In this document: in pieces, positions 13,950 through 27,600 of the stretch
Layout: every line of letters begins with the position of its first letter
Numbering within the stretch: the first letter of the stretch is position 1
From: Octopus sinensis
Lineage: Eukaryota
Direction: 5' to 3'
Length of the DNA stretch: 64,000 nt
Assembly (NCBI RefSeq): GCF_006345805.1
Contig: NC_042999.1
Coordinates: 35,278,001-35,342,000 of the forward strand
Position numbers and translations under genes: made by a program
The notes under the pieces: model-generated
Seen by the model: only the letters and a program-made list of their open reading frames with translations
Databases searched by the model: none
What the model was told of the DNA's origin: nothing

Positions 13950-14650
13950 AAGGTAAAAATCTATTTCATAGAAATTCTTGAATGTTTTAGTGTTGAGCAG
14001 ATCCTTTTTATACTCCAGTAGTAATTAGCCATCATATTTACATCCCGTCTCCCTTGATATCTTTCCTCTGTTACCTTCATATCTTGATAGAATCTTTCTC
14101 CCAAATTCAGTGGAAATTGATTCAAGTAACAAAACAAAAAAAAATCTTGATATATTGCATCGTAGCAAAGGAAAAGACCAGAGCACTTTTTAAAACAATT
14201 TCCTTGTATTTCGCTGCTTCTTCGTTAACAAGTTTTTCTAGAGATATCATGTTATATGCATATAACTTTCGGATTTCATTGTGTTTAAAATTCTGTATCA
14301 ATAGAATAGAATGACCCTGAAACTCCTTTTGTATTTTCCTCATCATAGGAATAAGATTTCTGGCCGAAATCTTTCTACAATTTAACTACCTGTGCACAAA
14401 ATCAATTCATAATCTTACTATACTTTATGAAAGGGAAGGGTGACAACGAAGTTTTTTCACTCTTTGGCCCCTGCTTAAAGTCAGACAAGGACATAAAATC
14501 AAGGAAAACTACATTTTTTTGTGGAAACTCAAGGTAGCGTGTATACAAATCTCCTAACGTGATTGGGTAAAAGAATAATATATTTGGATTCAACCGGAAA
14601 AAATGCTTGAGAAACATATGTATATTCAACAGGAACATTTCCGCCCCCAA
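13950..14650 (-). pseudogene. Decayed Chapaev3-like transposase C-terminal fragment
   Basis: Reverse-strand ERFYQDMKVTEERYQGRRDVNMMANYYWS resembles the C-terminus of the 56166-58846 transposase. Confidence 0.55.
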
Positions 14651-15252
14651 ATTCTTATGACCTATGTAAGAAAATGAAAGTGGAAAAAGAATTTAATTTT
14701 TCAGAATATCGAATAAGCAGATTTCAATAGATTACTCATAATGATGAATTACAATTTTGAGGAAATACGAACAACTTATAAACGCAAAAACAAAGAACGT
14801 ATTTCATTGAAAAAAACTGAGAGACCTAATCATAAAACTAACTTGGTTTAGCAAATTGGTGGCACAAATTACTAAAGGTGTTAGATTTACTAAAAATCAG
14901 TCTGTAATTACATTTATAATTGTAAGTTTTACTCTAGAATCATATCAACTGTTGAGAGATGGTATCGGTGTGTCAGTAATAGATTAATTACGATCATAAA
15001 TACTTAGCATATTGATTGGTGAGAATCAAGTGAAAAAATAACTCACTAGGCATCATTCTTATGTTGAGAGAAAATTGAGGAAATTAGATTGTGACATATA
15101 AATTACTTCAAAAGACATCTGAAAGAATAAAATTATCGATTATTTCACGTATACGATTAAAAGATAACTTTTACAGCACTTCGTCAAAATTGTTCATTAC
15201 TCTTATAAAATGGTTTGTATTATATATTATATCTGAGTGTGTGTGTGTGTGT

Positions 15253-15294
<42 letters not shown>

Positions 15295-15299
15295 ATCTG

Positions 15300-15500
15300 T
15301 TTTATGTTTTACTTGTTCTAGTCATTAGAGTGTAGCCATACCAGGACACTGCCTTGAATATTTTTAGTCGAATGAATCAACTCCAGTACTTATTTTTTTA
15401 ATAGCTGGCACTTACTCTATCGGTCTGTTTATCGAACCGCTAAGTTACGGAGACTTAAACGCACCAACACCGGTTGCCAAGCGGTGGTAAGGGATAAACA
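15300..15500 (-). mobile_element. Degenerate SINE family A 3' half
   Basis: CGAACCGCTAAGTTACGG..CACCAACACCGGTTG. Confidence 0.65.
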
Positions 15501-15752
15501 GACAGGCAAACAGATAGACAGAACACACACAAACCACATACATACATGCATATATATTATATATGACATATAAGACTATATATATTATATATATAAGCTA
15601 TATATATATATATATATTATATATTATAATATATATATTATATATGTATGCATCTTACCTTTACCTTTATGTGGTCCAGTCTAAAAGCTCTGGCTATGCT
15701 GGAGTATACCCATCTACTAAAGATTTAGTTTACGGTACCTAACTTTCTAAAA

Positions 15753-15805
15753 CACCCAATTATCTAAGCCTAACAAGGATCAACTTTGCTTAACTTCGGG
15801 ATCGG
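15753..15805 (-). pseudogene. 5S rRNA-like fragment
   Basis: Reverse complement CCGATCCCGAAGTTAAGCAAAGTTGATCCTTGTTAGGCTTAGAT resembles the 5S internal control region. Confidence 0.5.
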
Positions 15806-16374
15806 TTTTCGCTAAATAATAAATAGCTCCTCTAGAACAAAATATTTTGAATCTATTGAAGGCACTTAGATATTTCAGAATATTTTTGTGAAATCCATCA
15901 TTTACAGTAATTTTGCTTCATAATGGTGAAAATAATTTCACCATATGTGACATCAAAGAATTAAAGTAAAGCAGTATAAGCAAACGACTTCTTTCCAGTT
16001 TAGGTAAAACACATCTACTTTAAAAAATAATTGCTTCATATTTAATTTAATAGCTTCATATTTAATTAAACGATTACCAATATAATCAATTGTAAATATG
16101 CAAATATACGTATGAATACATTGATTGCTGAATTAATATAAGTAGACGCCAGCTTAAGTCAAATATAACAGTTTATGATAAGTTGGAAAGATTCATTAAT
16201 AAATGTAATCTGTAAAAGATACATATTCTATCCAAACAACATTAAAATATTAGTTCAGATATTATTGAGATTATACGATCAGCAAATATCTAAGGTTCAC
16301 TTAACGTTCTATAATGAAACATTTTATTGTAGTGCTTTTGTTAAGTGTGAGCGTAGTGTTAGGAGGAATCAACA

Positions 16375-16770
16375 TATGAATATGATTTAGTATAATCCAC
16401 CGCCATAGGCGTGGTAACAACTATGACTACAAAATTACCTAAAATTTACTCAAAAATTACTCAATAAACATTTTACCGTGCAACAGAGGTATTATAAGAT
16501 CATTAACAGAAATATTAAATTATCTAACTCCTCAACTCCTAACCTTGCGCCAAAACATTGCATCTCCGAACGTAGCTGTGTTAGCAAGTAGTAGTAGTAG
16601 TAGTAATAGTAATAATTACGTTGGTAGTAGTTATAGTACAAATTGTAATTGTGTTAATACGAGCAGCTACACTCTTTAGAGGGAAATGCCTAATAAACGA
16701 TGCAGTTTACAAATGTACAGTCATCACTTCTATCACTTGTGTATCTTATATAAGGTTAACATGTTGAAAT
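16375..16770 (+). pseudogene. PLE C-terminal fragment
   Basis: NMI*YNPP, NIKLSNSSTPNL, NCNC..GKCLINDAVYKCTV. Confidence 0.65.
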
Positions 16771-17444
16771 GTTACAAAGTTATTCAAGCCTGAATGTAAA
16801 TACTGGTGTGACGTTAGTCCTGTCTATTACCTATACGTCTATACAAATCTAACCGCTTAAAACTATATTTACATTAGCAATAACTTTGCAACCTTAAAAT
16901 ACAGACCACTGAATTGCACGTGTCTCAGGCCTGTGCTCTTGATTTTACTTGCAGGCTATTATAGCACACAAACAATCACTATTTTCCTTCGCTAAATTTA
17001 AGCTACATAGCAGTAGGCAACTTAATTCGACAAAGATTTGTTAACTGCTCTATCAGAATCATCTATTCGCCAGGTTCCCTTTCAGCGACAACTCTATGTA
17101 TTTTTGTCGCCTACCTCTTTTTTCACCTCACCCTTTCCTTCCCCGTTTCTTGTTCTACTATTTATCAATTCCCTCTACAGAATCTTTATTTCCACATACT
17201 CGATCAAACTAAGCATAAACAAAATTTCTTGATATGCCACAAAAGTTCGTTTCGCAATTATTATGGGGATGATAGTAATCATGGAACACCCCTCCCACGT
17301 GATGCATGGTATGTGGCAGTCATTACAAATACCATGGCGTATGAAGTCGGGAGTGTCAGTCGTGTAGACAGTCATAGATAAATAGTCGTGTCCTATGTGT
17401 CTAACTAACTATACTGCTATACTGGAGAGGGCGTTTTAAAAGTC

Positions 17445-19715
17445 CGACAGAGTATTACAACAGTGGCGGGGGAATTAACAAACTCATGAGGATTGAACAA
17501 ACTCACAGGGAGTTATGAAAATCACAAGAGTTTGTGCGCATTTTACGGTGTACAAAATCGTAAAATTATGGAAGTTAAGAGTTTGTGCAGATTTTTCAAC
17601 AGAGTTGAATGATTGCTTAATCTCGCATAACTACTCATTGCTGAGTCCTGAGGAAGTGTTCACAAAATTGAATGGTGGGAAATTCTTCTCAAAGTTAGAG
17701 TTCTCGGATGTGTATTTACAAATCCAAGTAGAAGAAGAATGCTCACACTTATTATCCATTAATACACACCGTGGCTTATTTAAATTTAAGTGACTTCCCT
17801 TCGGTGTAAAAGTGGCTCCTTCAATATTTCAGCAAGTAATGGATACAATGCTGGAAGACTGATTTTACTATCGCCTATTTAGACGATATCCTTATAAAAA
17901 GCGAATCCCACGAACAACATGATCAACACGTAACAAAGGGTATTCAAAAAGGTAAGAGAACATGGCTTGAAGTTAAGTGAAGTAAAATGCGAGTTCTTTC
18001 TGGAAAAAAAATTTAATACTTGGGCCAGATAATAGATAAAAACGGGTGGAAACTGGATCCAGCCTGAGCAACTGCGATAAACAATATGCTCACGCCAAAT
18101 AATGTGACTATACTTCAAGGTTCTTGGGATTGGTAAATTACTACCAAATTTACATTCCCAACATACATAATGTAAGGGCTCCGCTCAATGATCAATTAAA
18201 TATAAATGCAAAATGGTGCTGGACTGATAAGTGCCAGAAGGCATTTGACAAATCAAAAAAACATTTTAACATCGAACTTATCCTTAACATATTTTGATCC
18301 GAATTTGGATATTATATTGGCTAGAGATACGAGTGGCTACAGTGTAGTAGCAGTGTTCCTGCACAAACATGAGGATAGGAGTGAAGAGGATATAAGCCTA
18401 TGTGTCACGATTGTTATTACCAGCTGAAAGGAACTAAAGTCAAATAGAAAAGGAAGCGTTAGTAATCATATTAAGTGTAAAAAAGATTCCATAGATTTAT
18501 TAATGGAAAAAGTTTGTCTACAAACGGACCATCGCCAACTACTGTCAATATACGGTTCTAAAATAGGAATACCAACACACACAGTGAAACGACTACAGCG
18601 ATGGGGCACTACATTATTGAATTATGATTACAAAATGGAATATTTACCGTCAAAAAACCTAGGGCATGTGGATGCTTTTTTCAGACTGATACTGAAACAC
18701 GGTGAGCCATTCGAAGATGTGGTAATCACAGCAACAAGATCAAAAGGAGAAACAAAAAGTGGAATGTGGAATGTGGTACGCGAATTACCGGTAACCCTTG
18801 AAAACTTAAAACGTACTGCGGAAAAGGAGAAATTCATAACAGAAATGCAAAGAACACTATGGACAGGAAATGTAAATAGGAACAGGATTGGTGCGAAACG
18901 AAACCAAGACGTGAACCTATACTCAATTTTTGATGGCGTGCTGATGTATGCACAGAAAGTAGTAATACCTGAAACATTGCAAAGAAAATATTGGGGGAAT
19001 TCCATGTTAGACTTCCAGGTATTTCGAGGATGAAAGCTTTAATGTGTAGCTACGTGTGCTTGCCCAAAATGGATAGAGAGATCGAAAATTTAATGGAAAG
19101 TTGTAGAGGATGTGCTCTAGCGGCAAAATTCCTGGCGATAAAAAGTGAACCTTGGCCAAAGTAGATGTGTCGTGGTCGACACTACACATCGATTTCGCTG
19201 GTCCCTTAAACAGTTCATACTACTTAGTGGTAGTGGCTAGTTTCTCTAAACGACCAGAAATTTATGAGTGTAAAAAGTTGACCTCCTCAACTGCGACAAA
19301 TTTTTTACATGGGCTGTGTGCGAGGTTTGGCGTCTAACAATGGACGCAATTTGAGTCTTTTGAGTTTTAAAGGTTTTGTAAAACTTTCGCTGTAGAACAT
19401 GTAACTACGGCACCATACCATCCCAGATCAAACGGACGAGCAAAACGCTTTGACGATACGTTCATGAGAGCCCTAAGAAAATTGAATAAGGAAGAGGTAG
19501 CTCTACAACAATTCTTAAGAGTATATCGTGTGACACCAAATCAAAACACACCAGTGGGTATGTTACCAGCAGGTATGTCACCAGCGGAACTGATGTTTGC
19601 GGGGGAAATAAAATCAGTCTTCGACAAATTACTACCCGGTAAGAAAATAAAAATTGCAATGGATAATACGGCAAGATATTTCAAGACTGATGAAAATGTA
19701 TTTGTTAGGTTATAT
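17445..19715 (+). mobile_element. Ty3/Gypsy LTR retrotransposon pol remnant (RT-RNaseH-integrase)
   Basis: RVCADFST, LPFGVKVAP, AYLDDIL, EKEAL, TDHRQL, LHIDFAGP, APYHPRSNG; many stops; possible LTR end/PBS TTACAACAGTGGCG at ~17455. Confidence 0.9.
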
Positions 19716-19789
19716 ATAATGTATTTGTTAGGGCATATATAATGTATTTGTTACGGCAAAAATACTTCCCAACCACATGGTTCTGGATT

Positions 19790-20250
19790 CAGTCTCAAGT
19801 AGGTTGGGGCATGTTCCACAGTTTGGGCGCCCGCAATTTCTAACCGTTGGTTTTGTGGTTGATTTTGTCAAGCTTCGCGATTTGTGTTTTGAAGGCTCAG
19901 ATTTACTTTTCAAACAAGGAGAGAGGTTCACAATTAAATCCAACTTCACTTGTGCCTCTGAGAACCTAATTTATGTTATAACTTTCTCGGGTTGTGGACC
20001 ACAGTATATTGGACAGACGAGTATGACTTTGAGACAGAGAACCACTCTACATAAAGAGCAGATCCGGTTCCTGCAATACAGACAAATTCCTCTAAGTGGA
20101 CTCCATAGAGAAATGTGCAGGTAACATCAAACCCAATTTCACAGTCTTCCTCTTCTAAAGATATAATTTCTCTATAAGAACGTCTAACGTCTAAATAAAG
20201 AAACTTTTTCGTTGAAAAATACAGGACGCATCCAAATATACACGCATAAC
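19790..20250 (+). mobile_element. PLE GIY-YIG fragment with inverted 5' segment
   Basis: Plus strand SNFTCASENLIYVI..QYIGQTS; minus strand 19796-19880 KPTVRNCGRPNCGTC; same family as 30238-32235. Confidence 0.85.
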
Positions 20251-20393
20251 CAACTTTGATCTATTTACATATCTTAATTCATGATTACATCAATGTACAT
20301 ACATCTAAACTATTTTTCGAATTTATATATAAATATATATATATATATATATAATATATATATATAATATATCTATATATATATATATAATAT

Positions 20394-20432
<39 letters not shown>

Positions 20433-20460
20433 GCTTAAATAAACATACATTCGTTTATTT

Positions 20461-20585
<125 letters not shown>

Positions 20586-21409
20586 CTTCAAATTTGCGTA
20601 AATTCAAATGCCAGAAATCTTCATTGTGATTTAAACTTTATATGATTGAATATTATTAAAACAAAAAGTAACTGTTTTCTATTATTTGTGATTCTTTTCG
20701 ACGTCTTATATTTCATGTAATTTCTTTCTTTTTCTCTTATATATTTTTAACCAATTTTTCCTTATTAGTTTTCCTTGGTATTTTTTCTCCTACATTGCCA
20801 TAAAACAGTCATAGTATGTTCTCAGACATTTGTTACATAAGAAGCAAATTACTACTTATTTCCTCTGTTTACTAGCGACGCAGAAGTAAACAGTATCTAA
20901 CTCCTTATTTCGAATAAAGTACGAAAGTAAATGAAGCACAAAGCAAAAAACGTTTTCCTTTTTAGAAAAAAAAACTGTTAGTGAACACCTACTGGCGTTT
21001 TGTCTTTTGTAACAATGGGAAATAGAGTAGAGAATTTGAAAAGAAACGGTTAAAGCAATATTCTTTAATTTGTTTTCTCTTTGATCAGCTGAGAAGTAAA
21101 ACAGTATCACAATGGCGGCTTTATTTAACCCGTTTTCTTTGAAGAAACGAAAGACAAACTAATAATGTCTTAAATTTCAGACAATAATGAAAAGATTAGT
21201 TGAGAATTAAGACAAACAATAATGAAAAGATGGTTTAGAAGATATTGGAAACATTGTTAAACAATACAAACTTCCCTAAGGGATTACTATGCGCTGTTGA
21301 TGAATGGAAAGGACTGCAAGAAAGAATATATGAATTCTTACAGGTGTGTGTGTGTTTGTGTGTCTGTGTGCGTGTGTGTAGCGCGCGTGTGTGTGTAAGT
21401 ATATATATA

Positions 21410-21638
21410 TTTCTTTACTACCCACAAGGGGCTAAACATACAGGGGACAAACAAGGACAGACAAAGGGATTAAATCGATTAAATTGACCGCAGTGCGTAA
21501 CTGGTACTTAATTTATCGACCCCGAAAGAATGAAAGGCAAAGTCGACCTTGGCGGAATTTGAACTCAGAACGTAACGGCAGACGAAATACCGCTAAGCAT
21601 TCGCCCGGCGTGCTAACGTTTCTGCCAGCTCGCCGCCT
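21410..21638 (-). mobile_element. tRNA-derived SINE family C
   Basis: Reverse complement head GGCGGCGAGCTGGCAGAAACG..GAGTTCAAATTCC; core GCCTTTCATTCTTTCGGGGTCGATAAATTAAGTACCAG. Confidence 0.85.
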
Positions 21639-21789
21639 TAGAGTAAGTATATATAGATACACATACATACATACATACATACATACATACATACATACAT
21701 GGATAAATTGTCGCCATTTAATATTTTTTATTTTGTGCATGTGCATTATTTGTTTTTGATTTTGTCAACTATACAGTAGAGTAGGGTCA

Positions 21790-22449
21790 GTTGGGTACCG
21801 TCTGTGAGAAATCTCTTCAGTTATCTAGCCATCGGAAAAATGTTATGAAAAATTACCGTTATACAAAGGGAAATTACTGTGTGATTGACTGTGGTTTACT
21901 CTATGTATACCCCTTTATCCCTTTTTTCTGAATTGTTACCCTTAGGCCTGTTTTTTCTTGTGCTTGTGCGTATATAGACGTGTGTATGAACTTTTATGGT
22001 GCGCGTGTGGGGGGTTGTATCTATATACATATACATTTGGCGAATGGTGAGAGCGGAGATATGTACGTTTTTCAAGTGAGAGTCGATGAATGTATACTTT
22101 TATGCACACGCAGGTGGGTATGCGGGCGTGCCTGTGTAGGTATGGACATGCTCGCTTACGCGAATACTATGAACTTACTTTTACTCCCTCCCCTTACTTA
22201 GTGGTCATTCAAATAGCTCTTTTGTCTTAATAACGGTCAATCACACAGTAATTTCCCTTTGTATAACGGTCATTTTTCAGAATATTTTTTCCGATGGCCG
22301 GATAACTGACGAGATGGTGGCGTGGATTTCCACCTCGGCATCAGAAACTCGAAGTTTTATCATGGTCACATATTACATTTACAGATAAATTTCTCTATTT
22401 ACATAATATCGAGGTCTCTTTTTTTCTTTTGTTGTCTTACCATTTTTAT

Positions 22450-22450
<1 letters not shown>
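21790..22450 (+). mobile_element. Non-coding PLE-like insertion with inverted 5' segment and hammerhead (22301-22361)
   Basis: 21817-21889 is the reverse complement of 22236-22309; GATAA CTGACGA GATG..CATC A GAAA CTCGAAG TT TTATC. Confidence 0.7.
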
Positions 22451-22520
<70 letters not shown>

Positions 22521-22732
22521 TATATTATAATGCCATGATGGACCGTGAAGTCTGGCGTAGCATGGTAATTCCATTGTCTCGACCACGGTCGAACAAGGAT
22601 GATGATGATGATGATTAATCGAATATATATTATATATATATATATTGTTGTATTTAGAATATCATTTCATACACCGATTTCATCAACATCATGCAAAGTA
22701 AATATATATATATATATATATATTATATTGTC

Positions 22733-22833
<101 letters not shown>

Positions 22834-22923
22834 TAGAATAAAGATACAACATGGTCTGGTTTTCACGGTTTTTTTATTATTGTGTTTCAAAAAAGTTTTT
22901 GCAATGTTGAAATGTGTTAACAA

Positions 22924-23079
22924 GGAGCGGCTGTGTGGTAAGTAGCTTGCTTACCAACCACATGGTTCCGGGTTCAGTCCCACTGCGTGACACCTTGGGC
23001 AGGTGTCTTCTACTTAGTCTCGGGCCGATCAAAGCCTTGTGAGTGGATATGGTATACGGAAACTGAAAGAAGCTCGCCG

Positions 23080-23133
<54 letters not shown>

Positions 23134-23383
23134 GTGTGTGTGTGTGCGTGCGAGTGTGTGTGTGTGTACGTTTGTGTGTCTGTGTTTGTCCTCCCAACAT
23201 CGCTTGACAACTGATGCTGGTGTGTTTACGTCCCCGTAACTTAGCGGTTCGGGAAAAGAGAGACCGATAGAATAAGTACTAGGCTTACAAAGAATAAGTC
23301 CTGGGGTCGATTTGCTCGACTAAAAGCGGTGCTCCAGCATGGCCACAGTCAAATGACTGAAACAAGTAACAGAGTAAAAGAGT
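22924..23383 (+). mobile_element. SINE family A
   Basis: Matches 1011-1577. Confidence 0.85.
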
Positions 23384-24362
23384 AATGGTCATAAAGTTCA
23401 ATTAGTACTTTCATACATTCGTAGTAATCAGCAGATTTCAAAATGCATCGATTGACAGTTGAGTTGAGTTAAGTTCTTGACAACTGTAGTAAATTGATTG
23501 ACTTCCTCCTTTTTATACCTTTTAAAAGGCTCCGACAAGCTGGATTTTTCAAATGCAGTTTTGACCAATTAGCATGCAGCTTAAACGCCACGGTTTGTCG
23601 GACTCACCGATGTTACTGGCATAGTTCCCGCTTTCATTTTAACCAATTAGCTTGCGGTTTACATGTAATGGTTTTATGAGTGAGCAAACTTAGTTGGTTT
23701 CGGTCGTTTTTATTTCAGTCGGAAATCTTCTGTAATTTGTTTATATTCATATCTTAAAGATATTTTTTAATCCACATCATTAACTGGCTGTTATATTATT
23801 ATTGTTATTTCCATTCAGAACAGGTTTGAACATTTTAATGAAACGTTTTTCATATGATTTTTCTTGAAATAATGCAGTCATTATTCTTCATTAATTATTA
23901 TTTAAATTTCCAGATATAAGATATAATTTCGGTAATGACTTGTAACTAGAAACTTGAAGAAGTAGACAGTAAGATATGCAATTGTTAAAAGAAAAACATG
24001 CAACTGTAAATAATGTGCAGGAATACTTATAAATGCAGAAGACATTAAAAGCCTTGAGGTGAATACTTTGTTTTAAAGATGTCAAATTTATATAAAAGCG
24101 ATGGTTTCGAATAGATATAGCAAATGTCTATTAGTCTCAATTCATTCATATAAAAAATGTAATGGAGTAGGTTGGCAACTAAATCTTATAAAATTATAAT
24201 AGTATATACTTAAAATCTTTGAGAATGTACTAAAAAGTTTTGCTAGAAGCTTCATTAACTTTGTCACATATTTCATGAAATGTCTGACGTTTTTTTTACA
24301 TTCGTAAAGAATACTTCATTATGCAAAATATAAATGCTGTTGTTTAATACAATCTTAGTAGT

Positions 24363-24366
24363 AAGT

Positions 24367-24434
<68 letters not shown>

Positions 24435-24463
24435 AGTAGTGGTGGTGGTGGTGGTGGTGGTGG
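24363..24463. repeat. Compound trinucleotide microsatellite (AGC)n(AGT)n(GGT)n
   Basis: Direct reading. Confidence 0.95.
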
Positions 24464-24639
24464 AGAGAAAGGTGATAATGGCTGTGATGGCACAGTGGTT
24501 TAATGTAGCAACAATAGTAGTTATACATAGTTGCCAAAGTTGACAATGTATAGGTAACATAGTGTATATATGTGTGTATGTGAGTGTATGTGTGTATACA
24601 TATATATGCTTATATATGTGTAGATATATTATATATATA

Positions 24640-27600
24640 TAAATAGTTACCAGGGCAGCAAAAATCTCACAAGTAAAGGTGGTGTAACTCCTTGTTTATA
24701 AAGGTTGAAACTTCGTGTTTACGTTGAATATTTGAATAATATGAATATAAAATGGAGTTAACGCAGGTGTAAACAAATATTTTTACTTTCGACACATGTT
24801 TCGAAAATTCCACTGATACTATTCAAAAGAATAAATGGTATAAACAATGCAATCTTCTCTTCGGGAAAGTGAAAAAAACGAAACTCGTCAATACGACATT
24901 TTAGCAAAAAATGATGGATTTGTATAGCGATAGACAGAACGCTATTGATATTGTTTAAAAAAACGTTTTATGATATAACGTCATAAGTAGCTGTTTCGTC
25001 AAGCTATTGCTAGGAATTTTCCAAACAATTCTAGATATTACTCTATTCACATAAGGTTGGGATAGGTTTTTCAAACACAAAAAATCTCTTGCAAATTATA
25101 ACTTCTCATAATAGCAAACTGTTAAATATTAATACATTTACTAATACTAACATTAATTTAGCTAATACCATCCAACCCTCTAGAAATATTAATAACAAGG
25201 TTATTGTATCTGAAGTCAATTCCAATAGAATTAAATTTATGTCAAGTAACTCTAAGATTTAAAATTCTATATACCAGTGTATAATCACTACTCGTAATAA
25301 AGTACGATTTTACATTGGAAGCACATCGTTAGGGTTATCTAAAAGAATTTCTATCCATTACTCAACATTTAGGGATAGAAATAAACGGAATAGTACCGGT
25401 CTCAGCAAACTGATTTGGGATTTAAAAGACCACAGTGAACAATTTCATTTAGAATGGTTGATCCTCTCAATTTCGATACCATGTGACAAAGGCATGAAAT
25501 TCTGTCTTCTCTGCAATTCTGAGCTATTTTTCATTATTTTTTCTAAAAATACTCTAGTAAACACGGTTATAGAGCGAGCATACAGATGTAAGCATTGGCA
25601 AAAACATACATTTAGTGCATATAAGTAGTCTCTATCATTATATATAATTTAAACTTTAATTTCCTTTACATTTAACATTCACTATTAATATCCTTACTCT
25701 TTCTGTTAGCTACTTATGACGTTAGTTAGTTAGTTAGTTAGTTAATTTGGCTCAAAAGCAAATAGCAAGGCCATGTAGGGGAACATGGAGTTAAGTACAG
25801 GGTGGTGTTCATGTAAAGAGTTCAGGCCACTTGAGGTCCAGGGAGGCTTTGAACAAAGCGGTCGTCGGCATCTTCACCATCTCGTCTGGCAGCTTGTTCC
25901 ACGGATCCGCAACCCGGACGGAGAAAGCTCCTCTCCTTCGATTGAGATGAATCGTCGCAGGTAGAGCTTTTCGGAATGACCCCGCAGCCGACGCTCTGGA
26001 GCAGGAGTGAAGAACAGATCTTTCGAGAGGTTACACTTTCCGCTTATGATGTTGTGGGCGAGAATGAGATCACCACGGCGGCGGCGTTTTTCAAGAGAAT
26101 AAAGGTCGAGCGTCCTCAGCCTTTCTTCGTAGGACAAATTTTTGAGACCATGAACCATGCGGGTAGCCAGCTTCTGGACTCTTCCGAGATGCTGCATGTC
26201 TTTCAGGAGATAAGGAGAAGAGGCCTGAATCCCATACTCCAATATGGGTCTCACCAGCGTGACATAGAGTGGTAGGAATATGGCTGCTGTGAGCATTCCG
26301 AATGACCGTCGAATCAAGAACAGAATTCCGCGTGCTTTGTTGGCAGCATGGACGCACTGGGCCGAAGGCGAAAAGGAGGAATCCACCAAGATACCCAGGT
26401 CCTTTACCTGATCGGTCCTCTCCAGCACAGCAGACGACCCGGCTCGAAATCAAGTTGAGTTGCAGGAGTAGAGCCGACAGGCAGATGACAGCACTTTGAC
26501 ACGTTCAGACACAGGTCCCAATCGTTAGACCACTTCCAAATTTGGTGGAGGCATCGACGAAGATCCTCTATATTACCGCGAGGAGCGACCAGTTTGATAT
26601 CGTCGGCAAATAGAAGGGTGTGTTGCGTGAGGTCGTCGGGCAAGTCATTTATGAAGACTAAGAACAACAAGGGCCCAAGCACTGAACCTTGAGGCACGCC
26701 ACTGCTCGCACTGGAGACGTCGGACCGCGAACCGTTAACTTGCTTTGAAGGAGCGATCTGAGAGGAAGGCACCAACCCATCGTATAATATCCGGATGGAA
26801 ACTATATGCTTGAAGCTTGACAAGTAATAGGCGGTGGTTTACCGAGTCAAAAGCTTTGGCAAAGTCCAATAAAACGATGTCAACAGCATCACTATCATCG
26901 AGGATGCGCGTCACCAATTCTTCCATTACTAGTAAGTTGGTCAAGCATGATCTCTTCGGCACGAAGCCGTGTTGGGAATCAGAGATAGAGGCTGTGTTTA
27001 GGAGGCGGAGCATCATACTTTTCTTAAGGATGGTTTCGAACATCTTGCTGATTATTGATGTAAGGGAAACCGGTCGGTAGTTAAGCGGGTCTTCGCGGCT
27101 CCCTTTCTTGAAAATTGGGCAGATTATCGCTGTTCTCCAGTCTGCAGGTATAACACCCGTCGCCAATGACATATTGAATAGTCGTGTTAAGGGCTCGCAG
27201 ATGACCGGAGCCAACGCTTTGATAACCCGTGGGTGTATGCCGTCAGGGCCGTGACCCTTGTTGACATCGAGGCCTTGAATAACACGTTTGACTTCGTCCC
27301 GCGTGATGACCAATCGAAGCATTGGAGGTACCGATCTATCAAATGGAGGGGGTTCACGACCATCATCTTGTTTGAAAATAGTTGAAAAAGCCTCGGCAAA
27401 TAATTGACTCTGTTGATAAGGGTCCTCAATCGATACGCCTGTTGAGTCTACCAACGTTGCAATCTGGTTGTTCAAGCGGGAATTCCGCTGGACATGGGCA
27501 AAGAGGTTTTTGGATTGCTACTGGCATTTGCCGCGATTTTGTATTCATAACTGAAGCGTTCTTTCTTTTCATTTTCACGGCTCGGTCTCGTTGAGTTTTG

